The notes: generated from the letters alone by a model not told the origin. Counted from the first letter of the stretch, positions 17,719 to 27,840 are shown. The stretch is DNA of 39,823 nucleotides from PVC group bacterium (GCA_043804695.1 JAZDIV010000063.1:1-39823), one strand, 5' to 3'. Numbers and translations are program-made.

Positions 17719-20056
17719 TTCCGGCGGCTTTTCCCGCTACCAGCCGGCCGAGCATCTCACCCATCTGCAGCAGTCCCAGAGGCTTGCGCAGTACCCCGTT
17801 CACGCAATCGCTCAGTTCCTGGAGTGCCTCTTCGGGAAGGCGCTTGCCGGTAATGACCATGATGCAGCTGGCCGGCGAGGACTCCTTCACCTTCCGGACC
17901 AGGCCGGTCCCGGAAAGTCCGGGCATCACATAGTCCAGAAGAATGATGTCATAGGACCGCTTCCGGCAGAGGAGAAGACCATCTTCACCGTTCGACACGG
18001 TCGTCACCTCCATCCCATAGCCTGTCAGGTACTTCTTAAAGATGGCCAGCAGGTCCTCTTCGTCATCGACGATCAGGATGCTTTTTCCCTTCAGCACCTG
18101 CAGCTGCATCTTATCGGCTTCCGGCTTCCCCGCCGGGCCCCCGGAGACCGGCGCTGCCTTGGGAAGGGTGATGATGAAGGTCGTCCCCCGGCCGGGAGTG
18201 CTCTCAACCGCGATGTTTCCTCCGTGCTCCTTGATGATCTGGCGGGACACCCAGAGCCCGAGCCCCAGGCTCGGGATCCAATCTTTCTCGCCCGCGACCT
18301 TGGTCGTGAAGAACGGCTCGAAGATCCGGGGGATCTTATCCCCGGGGATGCCCACCCCGGTGTCGGCGAACCGGATTTTCACCTCCCCGTCGATGTTCTC
18401 CACCTGCACGGACAGCGTCCCCTTCTCCGCCTGGGCCATGGCGTGACACGAGTTCATGATCAGGTTCACGAAGACCTGCTCGAGCTGGGAGAAATCGGCC
18501 AGGATCAACGCCGGATCCCGGTAGAGTTTTCTGATCCGGATGTTGGAAAGTTTCAGCTCCCGCTCGTGCAGGGCGAGCGCCTCCTCGATGATCGCCGTCA
18601 CGGCGACCGGCTTCAGACACAGCTTCTCGATCCGGCCGAACGTGCCCAGACGCCGGATCATCGTTTTCGCCCGCCGGGTCAGGCGGATAATCGTTGAAGT
18701 CGCTTTCTTCACCAGGACCCGATCACTGCTGTCATAACCGGCCAGTTCGGCATTGCCGCTGATGCCCATGAGAATGTTGTTGAATTCGTGGGCGATCGCC
18801 AGCGCCATGATCCCCACCGTCTCCAGCTTCGACGCTTCCCGCAACCGCTCTTCCGAATGTTTGAGATCGGTGATATCACGCGCCAGCACCACCAGCCCCT
18901 TGCGCTGCCCGTCCGGGAAATAGAGCGGGACCTTGATCACATCCATGATCCTGGCAGGACCGTCCGGGCGGGGGATCACTTCTTCTCCCCGGAAGAGGGT
19001 GCCGCTGCGCCAGACTTTTTCATCGGTCTCTTCACAGGTGAGGAAAACATCGCGGTAAAACCCGCGTAACTCGGACAGCTCCCGGTCCGTCTTCCCCCGG
19101 TAATCCACTCCGGCCAGCTCAAAGAGCCTGATCACCGCGGTGTTGACCAGCAGCCAGCACCCCTCCCCGTCTTTAAACAGGATGCAATCCGGGGTGGTGT
19201 CGATCAGAGTGCGCATCCGATCCTCGCTCTCCCGCAGGGCCTCGTAAGCCCGCCGCTGTTCGGTTATCTCGACAAAATTGCCGAGGAGGGCCGGCCGGCC
19301 TTCATACTGAGTGAGGTTGGACCTGACCTCAAACCAGCCGACGTCGCCGTTTTTCCGGATCGCCCGGCAGGTCCAGTACTCGGGAACGGGCAGACCGGCG
19401 ACCCGGCGGGAGGACATCTCTTTCACCCATTGCAGGTCCTCGGGATGGATCAGCCGGAAGATGTCCGAGCCGATCAGCTCCCGGAGGGGAAAACCCGACA
19501 TTTCCTCGAACCGGGGGTTGACATAGATGATGCGGCCTTCGGTTGAGACGATATAAATCCCGGAGAGGGCGTGTTCGATCAGAAACCGGTACTTTTCCTC
19601 CGACTCGGTCAGACGCGCCTGAGCTTCGTAGCGCTCGCTGATGTCCCGGGAGATGCCGATGTACCCGATAACCTCTCCCTTTTCTCCGTAAATGGTATTC
19701 TCGATCATCTGGACCGGGAAGACGCTGCCGTCTTTTCTCCGGTTAAAGATCTCGCCGATCCAGAATCCGTTTCGAGCCTCCCGGGTAATCATGCCGGCCA
19801 GATCGGGGGGGTTGCCCGGGACTCCTTCAAAAAACTCAAACGCTTTCTTCCCCAGGACATCCTGGGGCCGGTAGCCCTGGGTGAAGATTGTCGCCTCGTT
19901 GACGTAGATAATGTTATGGTTGGTGTCGGTGATATACACCGCGTCCTTGAGACTGGCCAGGGCGCAGGAAAGAAGACGAACCTGATCTTCCGCCGACCAG
20001 CCGGAGAACCCGGAAGAAGCGGGCCCGCCCCTTTTTGTTCCACTCTTCTTATTCAT
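17696..20056 (-). CDS. Cytoplasmic hybrid histidine kinase (3 PAS/PAC + HisKA + HATPase + receiver)
   Basis: PAS/PAC motifs (RRKDGS, RKNGD), AHEFNNIL H-box, LEQVFVNL..N, DTGVGI, FEPFFTTK, LIVDDE..LLDYVMP..KP. No transmembrane segment; 3' overlap with the previous gene. Confidence 0.93.
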   Translation of the reverse strand: MNKKSGTKRGGPASSGFSGWSAEDQVRLLSCALASLKDAVYITDTNHNIIYVNEATIFTQGYRPQDVLGKKAFEFFEGVPGNPPDLAGMITREARNGFWIGEIFNRRKDGSVFPVQMIENTIYGEKGEVIGYIGISRDISERYEAQARLTESEEKYRFLIEHALSGIYIVSTEGRIIYVNPRFEEMSGFPLRELIGSDIFRLIHPEDLQWVKEMSSRRVAGLPVPEYWTCRAIRKNGDVGWFEVRSNLTQYEGRPALLGNFVEITEQRRAYEALRESEDRMRTLIDTTPDCILFKDGEGCWLLVNTAVIRLFELAGVDYRGKTDRELSELRGFYRDVFLTCEETDEKVWRSGTLFRGEEVIPRPDGPARIMDVIKVPLYFPDGQRKGLVVLARDITDLKHSEERLREASKLETVGIMALAIAHEFNNILMGISGNAELAGYDSSDRVLVKKATSTIIRLTRRAKTMIRRLGTFGRIEKLCLKPVAVTAIIEEALALHERELKLSNIRIRKLYRDPALILADFSQLEQVFVNLIMNSCHAMAQAEKGTLSVQVENIDGEVKIRFADTGVGIPGDKIPRIFEPFFTTKVAGEKDWIPSLGLGLWVSRQIIKEHGGNIAVESTPGRGTTFIITLPKAAPVSGGPAGKPEADKMQLQVLKGKSILIVDDEEDLLAIFKKYLTGYGMEVTTVSNGEDGLLLCRKRSYDIILLDYVMPGLSGTGLVRKVKESSPASCIMVITGKRLPEEALQELSDCVNGVLRKPLGLLQMGEMLGRLVAGKAAGINPAGEE

Positions 20057-20166
20057 GTGATTAAATCAGCTTGTGCAGTTTACCCCGATTCATCGAGGTT
20101 CGCAACTTTTATCTTCAAGACACGAAGAATAACAGACAGGGTACGTATTTTACCCCTTTCCGGGGA

Positions 20167-21006
20167 TCACTTCCCGATCTTCGGGAGGTCTTGAGAGATG
20201 GAGTACCACTTCTCGTAAATGCGGTCATAGACGTCGCTGGCATCGAGCTTTTCGAGCGCGGCGTTCAATCCCCCGGCCAACGCCTGATTCGACCTGCTCA
20301 CCCCGATCGCGTAATCCTGGTGATCGAGACCGCTTTCCACAATCTTGAACTTGTATCCCCGATTGGCCAACGTCCACCGGAGAATGGGTTCGTCGATCAG
20401 AATGATCTCCACCTCCTGGTTCTTCAAGGCCCGGGCCAGACGGTCAGGAGTGGTATACGTTTTCCGGGTGGCCTTGAGATTTTTACGGGCCCATTCTTCA
20501 CCGGTCGATCTCCTCAGCACGCCCACCTTCACCGCGGCGGTCAGTCCGTTCCTGAATGCCTGGCTATTCCAGTCGACGTCCCGGAAGGTGGCCACCGCCA
20601 GACTGGTGCGAAAATAGGGGATGGTGAAAATAAAATACTGTTCACGGCCCTCGGTCATCGTCATGCTGGAGAGAACGGCGTCGGCTCTGCCCGCCGCCAG
20701 AGTACTGGAAAAGGCGGGGATATTGAAAGTCCCCTTGATCCATTCCACCGGACGCCCCATTTCTTTACCCAGGGCTTCCCCCAGGTCAATCTCAAACCCG
20801 ACATTCCGGTAATTGTCCACAAAAGCGAAAGGCGGAGTGTCGAGGTCGCTGATGAAACGCAACGCCTTCACCTCCGGCTTCCCCCCCCCTTTTTCCTCCG
20901 CCGACGCGCTCTTGTCGGCAGGGATGCCTTCCGGATCAACGCCCGCCGCCATCGCCGGCAGGACACATAAGGCAAGACAGACCCATGATACCCATCTTTT
21001 ATCCAT
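20167..21006 (-). CDS. Family-3 (polar amino acid) extracellular solute-binding protein
   Basis: Signal peptide from ATG 21006 with GGAGG SD; PPFAF, GFEIDL, T..R, YAIGV, W near the C-terminus. Confidence 0.88.
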   Translation of the reverse strand: MDKRWVSWVCLALCVLPAMAAGVDPEGIPADKSASAEEKGGGKPEVKALRFISDLDTPPFAFVDNYRNVGFEIDLGEALGKEMGRPVEWIKGTFNIPAFSSTLAAGRADAVLSSMTMTEGREQYFIFTIPYFRTSLAVATFRDVDWNSQAFRNGLTAAVKVGVLRRSTGEEWARKNLKATRKTYTTPDRLARALKNQEVEIILIDEPILRWTLANRGYKFKIVESGLDHQDYAIGVSRSNQALAGGLNAALEKLDASDVYDRIYEKWYSISQDLPKIGK

Positions 21007-21165
21007 TGTAACCTCCCTGAATACCCCGGATGACTTCATGAACGTACGGTTCCCCAGGGCCGATGTCCCGGTTCCCCAGGGTTGGCGGTTGGTTATTGGC
21101 CATTGGTTATCGGGAATCGGTCATTCAGTTCTTCCCGGACTCCTGAATCCAGACCCCTGTTCCCC

Positions 21166-21957
21166 TCAATGCGCGGGGAGACTCCGCTTCGGCCCGAACC
21201 ACCTGTTATAGATCTCGTCATAGATCCCGTCCTGATCGATCTTCTCCAGGGCGGCGTTCAGATCCTTGAGGAGTTTCTCGTTCCCCTTTTTAACCGCGAT
21301 TCCGTATTGCTCGTGGTCCAGGTCTCTCGATATGACCGCAAAATCATACGGATAGCGGGCGACGATGTAATTTAAAATCTCCTCATCAAGCAGGATGGCG
21401 TTCAGATTTTTTTCCCATAAATTCCGGGCCATGTCGACCGCGGAATGATAGGGCACCAGGGCGGCGCCGAGATTATTCCGCGCCCAGGCCTCCCCGGTGG
21501 TCCCCTCCATCACGCCCACCTTCGACCCTTCCAATTTCCTTTTCCTGAGCTGAACGATAACTGATTCCTTGAGCTTATTGAGAGCGGCGATGGCGAGGGT
21601 GGTGCGGAAGTACGGATAGGTGAAAGCAAATTCTTTTTCCCGCTCCGGGGTGATGGTCAGGGACGATAGAATGGCATCGGCTTTTCCCTCCTCCAGGGCA
21701 GCGGTGTACGCTTTCAGATCGAAAGCCGACGGCACCCATTCAACCCGGACGCCCATCACCCGGCCGATTGCTTCCGCGAGATCGATCTCGAAGCCGCGGA
21801 ACCCGGAATCAGTTTTGAACGCGAAGGGAGGAAAATTAAAATCGCCGATGAACCGGAGCGTGTTTCCCGTTAAAGTTTCCGCATGGCTGTGGGCGAACAT
21901 ACAGGATAGGAACATTACCGCGCCCGCCACCAGCAGAAAGAATACATTTCTTGTCAT
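21166..21957 (-). CDS. Family-3 extracellular solute-binding protein (paralog)
   Basis: Signal peptide; FPPFAF, GFEIDL, ITPER, GTTG, YGIAVKKGN, RWFG. Confidence 0.9.
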   Translation of the reverse strand: MTRNVFFLLVAGAVMFLSCMFAHSHAETLTGNTLRFIGDFNFPPFAFKTDSGFRGFEIDLAEAIGRVMGVRVEWVPSAFDLKAYTAALEEGKADAILSSLTITPEREKEFAFTYPYFRTTLAIAALNKLKESVIVQLRKRKLEGSKVGVMEGTTGEAWARNNLGAALVPYHSAVDMARNLWEKNLNAILLDEEILNYIVARYPYDFAVISRDLDHEQYGIAVKKGNEKLLKDLNAALEKIDQDGIYDEIYNRWFGPKRSLPAH

Positions 21958-22099
21958 AACGCCCTCCTTTTACATCTCGTCCATAAATTTGCGCCTTCGG
22001 GGCTAATTTAGGTAATTGCGTGGGTTTGAAATAAGACAATCTATACATTTATATTTTGCCCGTTTTTTACTTGTTGGCATTTTTCAAAACTAACCCGAT

Positions 22100-23059
22100 T
22101 TATGAATATACCGGGTTAAAGCAGATCTCCTGAAAATCACAGTACCGGCACAACTTGTCGCTATTATGCACGGGAAACGACTCTTGCGCCAAGGGAATAT
22201 TTTGCGCCGGGTCTTCCAGGTAGCGGGACATTGCCTCCATATTGCCCCGGATAGATTGCTCGGCCCGACAAAGGTCGTCCCCGCTCACCGGGAACTCCTT
22301 GATCAAACCGGACTTGAGGTAGGCCAGCGCCGCCCACAGCTCCTTCCCGTCCTCTTTCAGGCGCTGAGCGGCCCAGAGGGCGCCGGCTTCCATCTGCAGC
22401 CGGTCTCCATCGCTCTCCCGGCCCGTCTTCCAGTCCACTATCAGCACCCGGTTTTTATCCCGCAGCACGAGATCCGGAGCAGCCATCGCCTGATAGGGAG
22501 GGACGTCGAAGCAAATTTCTTCGGAAAAGGCCTCTCCGGCCGGGTCGATCCAGAGAAAATCGGACCTGCCCAGACTGCCGGCCAGGCCGCCGAGGGGAGA
22601 CTCCCTGGCGGCAACCACCGCCCGGCGGGCACCGTCAGCGTATTCACGCAGACGCTCATCCGAGGGCACCCGGTCGTAATAGACCTCGAAGAGGGGGGGA
22701 TATTTTTTCGGATCGAGCCTCCAGCGCTCCTTTTTCGCGTTGATCCAGGCGGCCCGCATTATCTCCACCGCCCTTTCCGGGACCAGTTCCCGGAACTGGC
22801 CGTTCCTGAGCCCCCGGAAATGTCCGGCCAGCACTTCATGCACCGCCGAACCGGCCAAGGCCGCCATTGACGTCATTTTCCCCAGGCGATAGGCTAGGCG
22901 GGCAATCTCCGGGGCATCGTCCTGCCATCCTCCCCAGTGCCGGTAATAACGCAGGTAATACTTGCGCTTGCACTCGGCAAAGATGCCGGCACGGCTCTTC
23001 GACCAGCGGAAGGGATTGGAAATTTTCGAGGAACCTTTTCTTTCCGAGAGCCGGCTCAC
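22100..23059 (-). CDS. PD-(D/E)XK nuclease, RecB/Cas4-like, with probable Fe-S staple
   Basis: W-S-S..C-R-YY, GSAVHEVL, PDL..IVDWKTG, Q motif and C-terminal CRYCDFQEIC (1+3 Cys). Confidence 0.85.
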   Translation of the reverse strand: MSRLSERKGSSKISNPFRWSKSRAGIFAECKRKYYLRYYRHWGGWQDDAPEIARLAYRLGKMTSMAALAGSAVHEVLAGHFRGLRNGQFRELVPERAVEIMRAAWINAKKERWRLDPKKYPPLFEVYYDRVPSDERLREYADGARRAVVAARESPLGGLAGSLGRSDFLWIDPAGEAFSEEICFDVPPYQAMAAPDLVLRDKNRVLIVDWKTGRESDGDRLQMEAGALWAAQRLKEDGKELWAALAYLKSGLIKEFPVSGDDLCRAEQSIRGNMEAMSRYLEDPAQNIPLAQESFPVHNSDKLCRYCDFQEICFNPVYS

Positions 23060-23733
23060 GTTCCCTGCTCCCCGACCGGCGGCGATCCTTGCCTCGACTT
23101 TCTTGCCTGCAGAGAGAGGAGCGAGACAATGAAAAAAGCGGTTCCCAGGCCCAGGATGATCAGGGCAGAGATTCGCAGCACCGTCGCGTAGGCTCCGCCG
23201 AGCAGCCAGCCGCGGCCGGTCGCGATCACCACCGCCACAAAGAGGTACCAGGCAAGGTCTCCCAGTTCATGCCCCGCATAAAAAATACCGTAATCCCGGA
23301 GGCTCTTGAGTTTCAAGGCCGCCGCCTGGCCGGAACCGACGGTCACCCACCATCCCGTGAAATAGGGGTTGGAGAGGGAAACCCCCATCCCCGCCAGGAC
23401 CAGTTTCGCCGGGGAGACCGCCGTTCCGGTTTTGCCGCTTACAGCCGCCGATCCTCCCGCCAGCAGGAGGTCCCATCCCATCCAGAGCAAAACCAGGCCG
23501 CCGACCATTCCGAAGAACGCCCGCAGCGCCGGATGAACCAGCACACTCTTCATCCCCCGGGCCAGGCCCAGAACCAAGATGGATTCGAGAAGCGCGTGGC
23601 CGAGCATGATCAAAAAGGCCGCCCCGATGCCCTGGGCCAAAACCTGTCCCATGACCAGCACCAGCACCGGCCCCGGGGTGACCGCCCCGGTCAGCGCGAT
23701 CATGAAAGCGAGGCCGAAGGTGCGAAACATCAT
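23056..23733 (-). CDS. LysE-family translocator
   Basis: GAVTPGP, GHALLE, SLSNPYF..WW, GH..DL.WY; multiple transmembrane helices. Confidence 0.88.
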   Translation of the reverse strand: MMFRTFGLAFMIALTGAVTPGPVLVLVMGQVLAQGIGAAFLIMLGHALLESILVLGLARGMKSVLVHPALRAFFGMVGGLVLLWMGWDLLLAGGSAAVSGKTGTAVSPAKLVLAGMGVSLSNPYFTGWWVTVGSGQAAALKLKSLRDYGIFYAGHELGDLAWYLFVAVVIATGRGWLLGGAYATVLRISALIILGLGTAFFIVSLLSLQARKSRQGSPPVGEQGT

Positions 23734-23858
23734 AGTAACCCGACTTGGTTCATACCTCGGGCTATCTCATGGATCGGATCGAAAGCAACATGATCATTTA
23801 TTGATCGTATCTTGCTTGCATCCAGTTACATATTAACCAGATTTATTCATAAATCTGG

Positions 23859-24377
23859 TTAGTGGATCAATTTTTCCAGTTTCCGGGCCAGGTGTTCGGG
23901 CTTGATCGGTTTTTGCATGAAGGTAATGCCGGCCCGGGCGAGCAGCTGCTGAGTTGCTCCGCTGAGCGCGTCCTGGGCGGCGACGGCGTTGCCGGTACAG
24001 ATGATGATCGGAAGATCGGCTATCAACTGCCTCATCTTCTGGAACGTCTCGGTTCCTCCCATCCCCTTCATCACCATATCGAGGAGCACGAGATCGACCC
24101 GGCCCTTCTCCGACCGCAGAACCTCGAGAGCCTCCTCACCACTGGCCGCCTGCAGAACCGTGTATCCGAGGGACCCCATCAGACGTCCCATCGTCTCCCG
24201 GAAGGCGTCTTCATCATCAACAACCATTATTGTCCCGGCGGAGCCCCCCGGCCGGCGGCGGTTCCGGCTGTTCTCGGCCAGGAGGTCGGTGATCGAGGCC
24301 TCCAGTTCATTGACCCGCCGGCGGGATTCCGCCAGCTCCCAGATCAGCGTCTCTTTCGATTTCTCGAGGTCTTTCAT
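23859..24377 (-). CDS. Receiver-domain protein with N-terminal coiled coil
   Basis: MVVDDE, LLDMVM.GMGG, ICTG, QKP; N-terminus MKDLEKSKETLIWELAE. Confidence 0.85.
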   Translation of the reverse strand: MKDLEKSKETLIWELAESRRRVNELEASITDLLAENSRNRRRPGGSAGTIMVVDDEDAFRETMGRLMGSLGYTVLQAASGEEALEVLRSEKGRVDLVLLDMVMKGMGGTETFQKMRQLIADLPIIICTGNAVAAQDALSGATQQLLARAGITFMQKPIKPEHLARKLEKLIH

Positions 24378-24446
24378 CCGTCACATCCTTTATTTTAATT
24401 GCTTTTTAATGAAACCGCCACCAATCCCGGCGGGCCCCTTTCAGTC

Positions 24447-24474
24447 TTGACAAATGGAGAGAAATCTATAGAGT
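24447..24474 (+). promoter_or_regulatory. Putative sigma70 promoter of the FadL-family gene
   Basis: TTGACA-16 nt-TAGAGT; AAGGAG SD before ATG 24553. Confidence 0.45.
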
Positions 24475-24552
24475 GAATCTCCCGGCTCGGAAAGATTCTG
24501 ACCATTAGTCCCTATATACACCGTATTCAACAACAGTCAAGGAGAAATAACA

Positions 24553-25881
24553 ATGAGAAAGATGTCGGCGGTTATCTTCTGGTTGGGCGTTCTGGCCGCG
24601 CTGGCAACACTCGGCCTCCCGGGAGCGTTTGCCTCCGGTTTCGCCCTGGTCGAGCAGAGCGGGAAAGGGCTGGGCGAGGCGTTCGCCGGCGGCCGAACCG
24701 ATACCGATGACCCATCCAGCCTTTTCTACAACCCGTCCGCGATGGCGTTCATGACCAGTAACAGTGTTGGTGTTTCTCTCTCCGCCATCGATATCTCAAC
24801 AAAGTTCAAGGATGACGGCTCACGCACGGCAACCGGGCAGCCTCTCACCGGGGACGACGGCGGAGACGGGGGCACGCTCGGCATGGTGCCGAACGTCTAT
24901 TACGTCCAGAAAGTGACGGAGATCGTCGGACTGGGCCTCGGCGTCAACGCCCCCTTCGGCCTGGCCAGCAAATACGGCAACGATTGGAAGGGACGCTATC
25001 ACGGCGTCGAATCGGACCTGAGCGTGATCGGGATCAGCCCCACGGTAGCGGTCCAGGTTCTCCCCGACCTTCTCTCCCTCGGAGGGAGCCTGAACATCCA
25101 GTACGCCGACGCGAAGCTGACCAACGCGATCGACTTCGGAACCATTTTGATGGGTGCGGGAACGACACCGCAGACGCTGGATGGGTTTGCCGACCTGAGC
25201 GGAGATGACTGGGCGCTCGGATATTCCCTCGGGCTCCTCTGCACCGTCACCCCCGACACCCGGATCGGGATCGGCTACCGCTCGAAAGTGGACCACAATC
25301 TTTCGGGGAACGTCGATTTCGATGTTCCGCCTGTCGCACGGGCCATCCTCAACGCCGCCGGCCTCTCGAATTATTTCACCGATACCCATGCCACCGCCCG
25401 CCTGACGCTCCCGGAATCGCTGGCCGGCGGAGTGTATCAGCGGATCAGCAAATGTATTGCCGTCATGGCGGATGTCAGCTGGACACGGTGGAGCAGATTC
25501 AAGGAGCTGACCGTCAACTTTGATTCCGGCCAGGCCCCTTCAACTACCGAGGAGAACTGGGAGGACACCATGTGCTATCGCCTGGGGGTCAACTACTTCC
25601 CCGACGAGCAGTGGGTGATCCGGGCCGGTACCGCCTATGATGAAAGCCCGATCAAGACAGCTTACCGCACTCCCCGGATTCCCGATAACGACCGTGTCTG
25701 GCTCACTTTGGGAGCGGGCTACCAGGTCACCGAGGATCTGCGGCTGGATCTCAGTTACGCCTACCTCTTCATCAGCGACAGCAAGAGCAACCTGCTGACC
25801 GAGCCCAGCAGGGGTTATCTGATCGGGAAGTACGACTCCACGATCAACATCTTCGCTCTGGAGGGGGTGCTGACCTTTTAA
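24553..25881 (+). CDS. FadL/TodX/OmpP1-family outer-membrane transporter for hydrophobic compounds
   Basis: Signal peptide then SGFALVEQS..G.AFAG, YNPSAM, APFGL, W..WSRF, RTPRIPD.DR.W, terminal F. Confidence 0.92.
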   Translation: MRKMSAVIFWLGVLAALATLGLPGAFASGFALVEQSGKGLGEAFAGGRTDTDDPSSLFYNPSAMAFMTSNSVGVSLSAIDISTKFKDDGSRTATGQPLTGDDGGDGGTLGMVPNVYYVQKVTEIVGLGLGVNAPFGLASKYGNDWKGRYHGVESDLSVIGISPTVAVQVLPDLLSLGGSLNIQYADAKLTNAIDFGTILMGAGTTPQTLDGFADLSGDDWALGYSLGLLCTVTPDTRIGIGYRSKVDHNLSGNVDFDVPPVARAILNAAGLSNYFTDTHATARLTLPESLAGGVYQRISKCIAVMADVSWTRWSRFKELTVNFDSGQAPSTTEENWEDTMCYRLGVNYFPDEQWVIRAGTAYDESPIKTAYRTPRIPDNDRVWLTLGAGYQVTEDLRLDLSYAYLFISDSKSNLLTEPSRGYLIGKYDSTINIFALEGVLTF

Positions 25882-25895
25882 GGCGGTGATTATCA

Positions 25896-25942
25896 ATAGC
25901 AAAAAAGCCCCGCGCCAGATAGGCGCGGGGCTTTTTTGCTAT
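25896..25942. terminator. Bidirectional intrinsic terminator
   Basis: atagcaaaaaagccccgcgcc-agata-ggcgcggggcttttttgctat between convergent genes. Confidence 0.88.
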
Positions 25943-26050
25943 GCTGCGTAACCTCCAGCATTGAACATGCAATATCCGACTGATCCGTCCGATCTGACTG
26001 ATCGGTCTGATCTGACCTAAAAAAATATGCGCGGGGTAAAAATTCGCGGC

Positions 26051-26758
26051 TCAGAAGGATAAGCCCAGGCTCACGTCCATCAGCATGTCCTTCCCGAAGT
26101 AGTACCTGCCCTGGATGGCGGTGAATGGCGGGATGGCGACCCGGACTCCGGCGAATGTTTTCCAGCGGTCCCGTGGCTCATAATGATGGGAGAAATCGCG
26201 CTCCGGGGTCGAGTACTCGTGGGTGAGACGGGCATCATTATACTCAAAACCCACGTAGGGATAGACGACCGAAATATCCGCCCCCGCCTCCCCGCCGGCG
26301 CGCCACTGCAGAAGGTTCCCCCTTTCCGTGCCTTCGCTGACGCGCCTTTCGGTGGCCAGATACGAGCATTCCCCCTCCAGGAAGGCCTTCAATATCTTCC
26401 AGCGGAAGAGAAGAAAGTTCACCCCTCCCCCGTACTCGAACCCCCACTCGTCATAATCGGTCGCCCCGAACTCGGGCCGGTCGAAGACAAGTCGTGAGTA
26501 CCCCAACCGGAGAAATACCGTCCAGCGGTCGGTCAGGCGCACCGAGGGTCTGAGGATAAGACCCCAGTAATTCAGGTCGTACTCCATGTCACCGGAGATG
26601 AAGTTGCGGTTCTGATAGTCAACACCGGCTGCGGCGCCGAAAAGATTCCCCCGGACCGAAATGGAATCCACCGAGATCTGTTCCGCCCCGGCCGACGGCG
26701 GCCTCCAGAAAGTCGTCATCAACATATTGATTAAAGTCAACGCAATAAATTTTTTCAT
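26051..26758 (-). CDS. Predicted outer-membrane beta-barrel protein
   Basis: Signal peptide, alternating aromatic/Gly beta-strands, C-terminal LGLSF. Confidence 0.7.
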   Translation of the reverse strand: MKKFIALTLINMLMTTFWRPPSAGAEQISVDSISVRGNLFGAAAGVDYQNRNFISGDMEYDLNYWGLILRPSVRLTDRWTVFLRLGYSRLVFDRPEFGATDYDEWGFEYGGGVNFLLFRWKILKAFLEGECSYLATERRVSEGTERGNLLQWRAGGEAGADISVVYPYVGFEYNDARLTHEYSTPERDFSHHYEPRDRWKTFAGVRVAIPPFTAIQGRYYFGKDMLMDVSLGLSF

Positions 26759-26825
26759 AGCTTCATCAATCTATAACACGTATACTTTCCTCACAGTTTT
26801 ACAGGGCAAAATTGAGGAACGTACT

Positions 26826-27221
26826 ATGCTGGAAAAGATATTCGGAAGCAGCGGCGAGTGGGGGCCCTTTATTCTCCGCCTCGGGTTAGGGGCCTTTTCG
26901 ATCAAACACGGCGCTCAAAAACTCTTCGGGGCCTTTGACGGACCGGGCCTGCAGGGATTCAGTAAAATGGTGGCCGGGATGGGCCTCAAGCCATCCGATA
27001 TTTGGGCGATCGTGATCGCCATCATCCAGTTCCTGGGGGGAATCTTTTTAATCTTCGGGATCCTGACCCGGGCGTCGGCTCTCCTGATCTGCGTCGTGAT
27101 GGCGGTGATGATCGCGGGGGGGCTGATGCGGGGGGGCGAGATTGAGTATCAGGCCGTGCTGGTGGCCGCCGCGCTGTCCCTGCTTGTCACCGGCGGCGGG
27201 CGGGCCGCTCTTAAAGAATAA
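26826..27221 (+). CDS. DoxX-family membrane protein
   Basis: ATG 26826 with GAGG upstream; LRLGLG..HGAQKLFG.F.GPG, GILTR, G.EY, TGGG. Confidence 0.88.
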   Translation: MLEKIFGSSGEWGPFILRLGLGAFSIKHGAQKLFGAFDGPGLQGFSKMVAGMGLKPSDIWAIVIAIIQFLGGIFLIFGILTRASALLICVVMAVMIAGGLMRGGEIEYQAVLVAAALSLLVTGGGRAALKE

Positions 27222-27222
27222 T

Positions 27223-27705
27223 CTATATTGGCCCATGTTTTTTTATTATTTGGAATTTCTTTTCAAGTGCTCTTATCTTCTTCACCCTCCTCAGGTGCCG
27301 CCCTCCTTTAAATTCGCTTTTCAGCCAGGTCCTGACTATCCGGGCAATGTTCTTCTTTGAATACGGCCGCCCGGCCAGAACCAGGATGTTGGCGTTATCG
27401 TGTTCCACGCTCAGACGGGCGGTCCGGGGATCATGGACCAGGGCGGCCAGGGCGCCGGGGATCTTATTGGCGGCGATGGCGGCGCCGATCCCGGTGCCGC
27501 AGCCGACGATGCCCCGCCTGTTCCGTCCCCCGGCAACCGCGACCGCCACCTTCTCGGCGGAATCAGGGTAATCCACGCTCTCCCTGCCGTACGTCCCGAC
27601 ATCCTCGACCGTGTATCCCATCTCCCGGAGAATCCCCTTGACATATTCCTTCATGCCGAAGGCCGCGTGGTCGGCCCCGATCACAATCACCGGCTTACTG
27701 CTCAT
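27223..27705 (-). CDS. rpiB: Ribose-5-phosphate isomerase B
   Basis: GADHA, SVDYPD, CGTGIG..IAANK, EH.NANIL, FKGGRH.RR. Confidence 0.95.
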   Translation of the reverse strand: MSSKPVIVIGADHAAFGMKEYVKGILREMGYTVEDVGTYGRESVDYPDSAEKVAVAVAGGRNRRGIVGCGTGIGAAIAANKIPGALAALVHDPRTARLSVEHDNANILVLAGRPYSKKNIARIVRTWLKSEFKGGRHLRRVKKIRALEKKFQIIKKHGPI

Positions 27706-27764
27706 CGATACTATCCTTTCTGTTGAAATAATATATCCCTGTTAAAAGTATTACTAACAATAAC

Positions 27765-27840
27765 ATGGAGTACTGGAGTGGTGGAGTAATGGAGTGCTGG
27801 AATGAAGGGGAGCCGCCTTTCCAACACTCCATCACTCCAC
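27765..27840. repeat. Octamer-based inverted repeat (copy 3)
   Basis: atggagtactggagtggtggagtaatggagtgctgg...ccaacactccatcactcca. Confidence 0.8.

Noticed and set aside
22100..23059. Nuclease as evidence of a CRISPR-Cas locus
   Set aside because: No cas1/cas2, effector genes or array in the window.
26661..26825. N-terminal extension of DoxX
   Set aside because: It overlaps the divergent gene; ATG 26826 has an SD and gives a normal-length DoxX.
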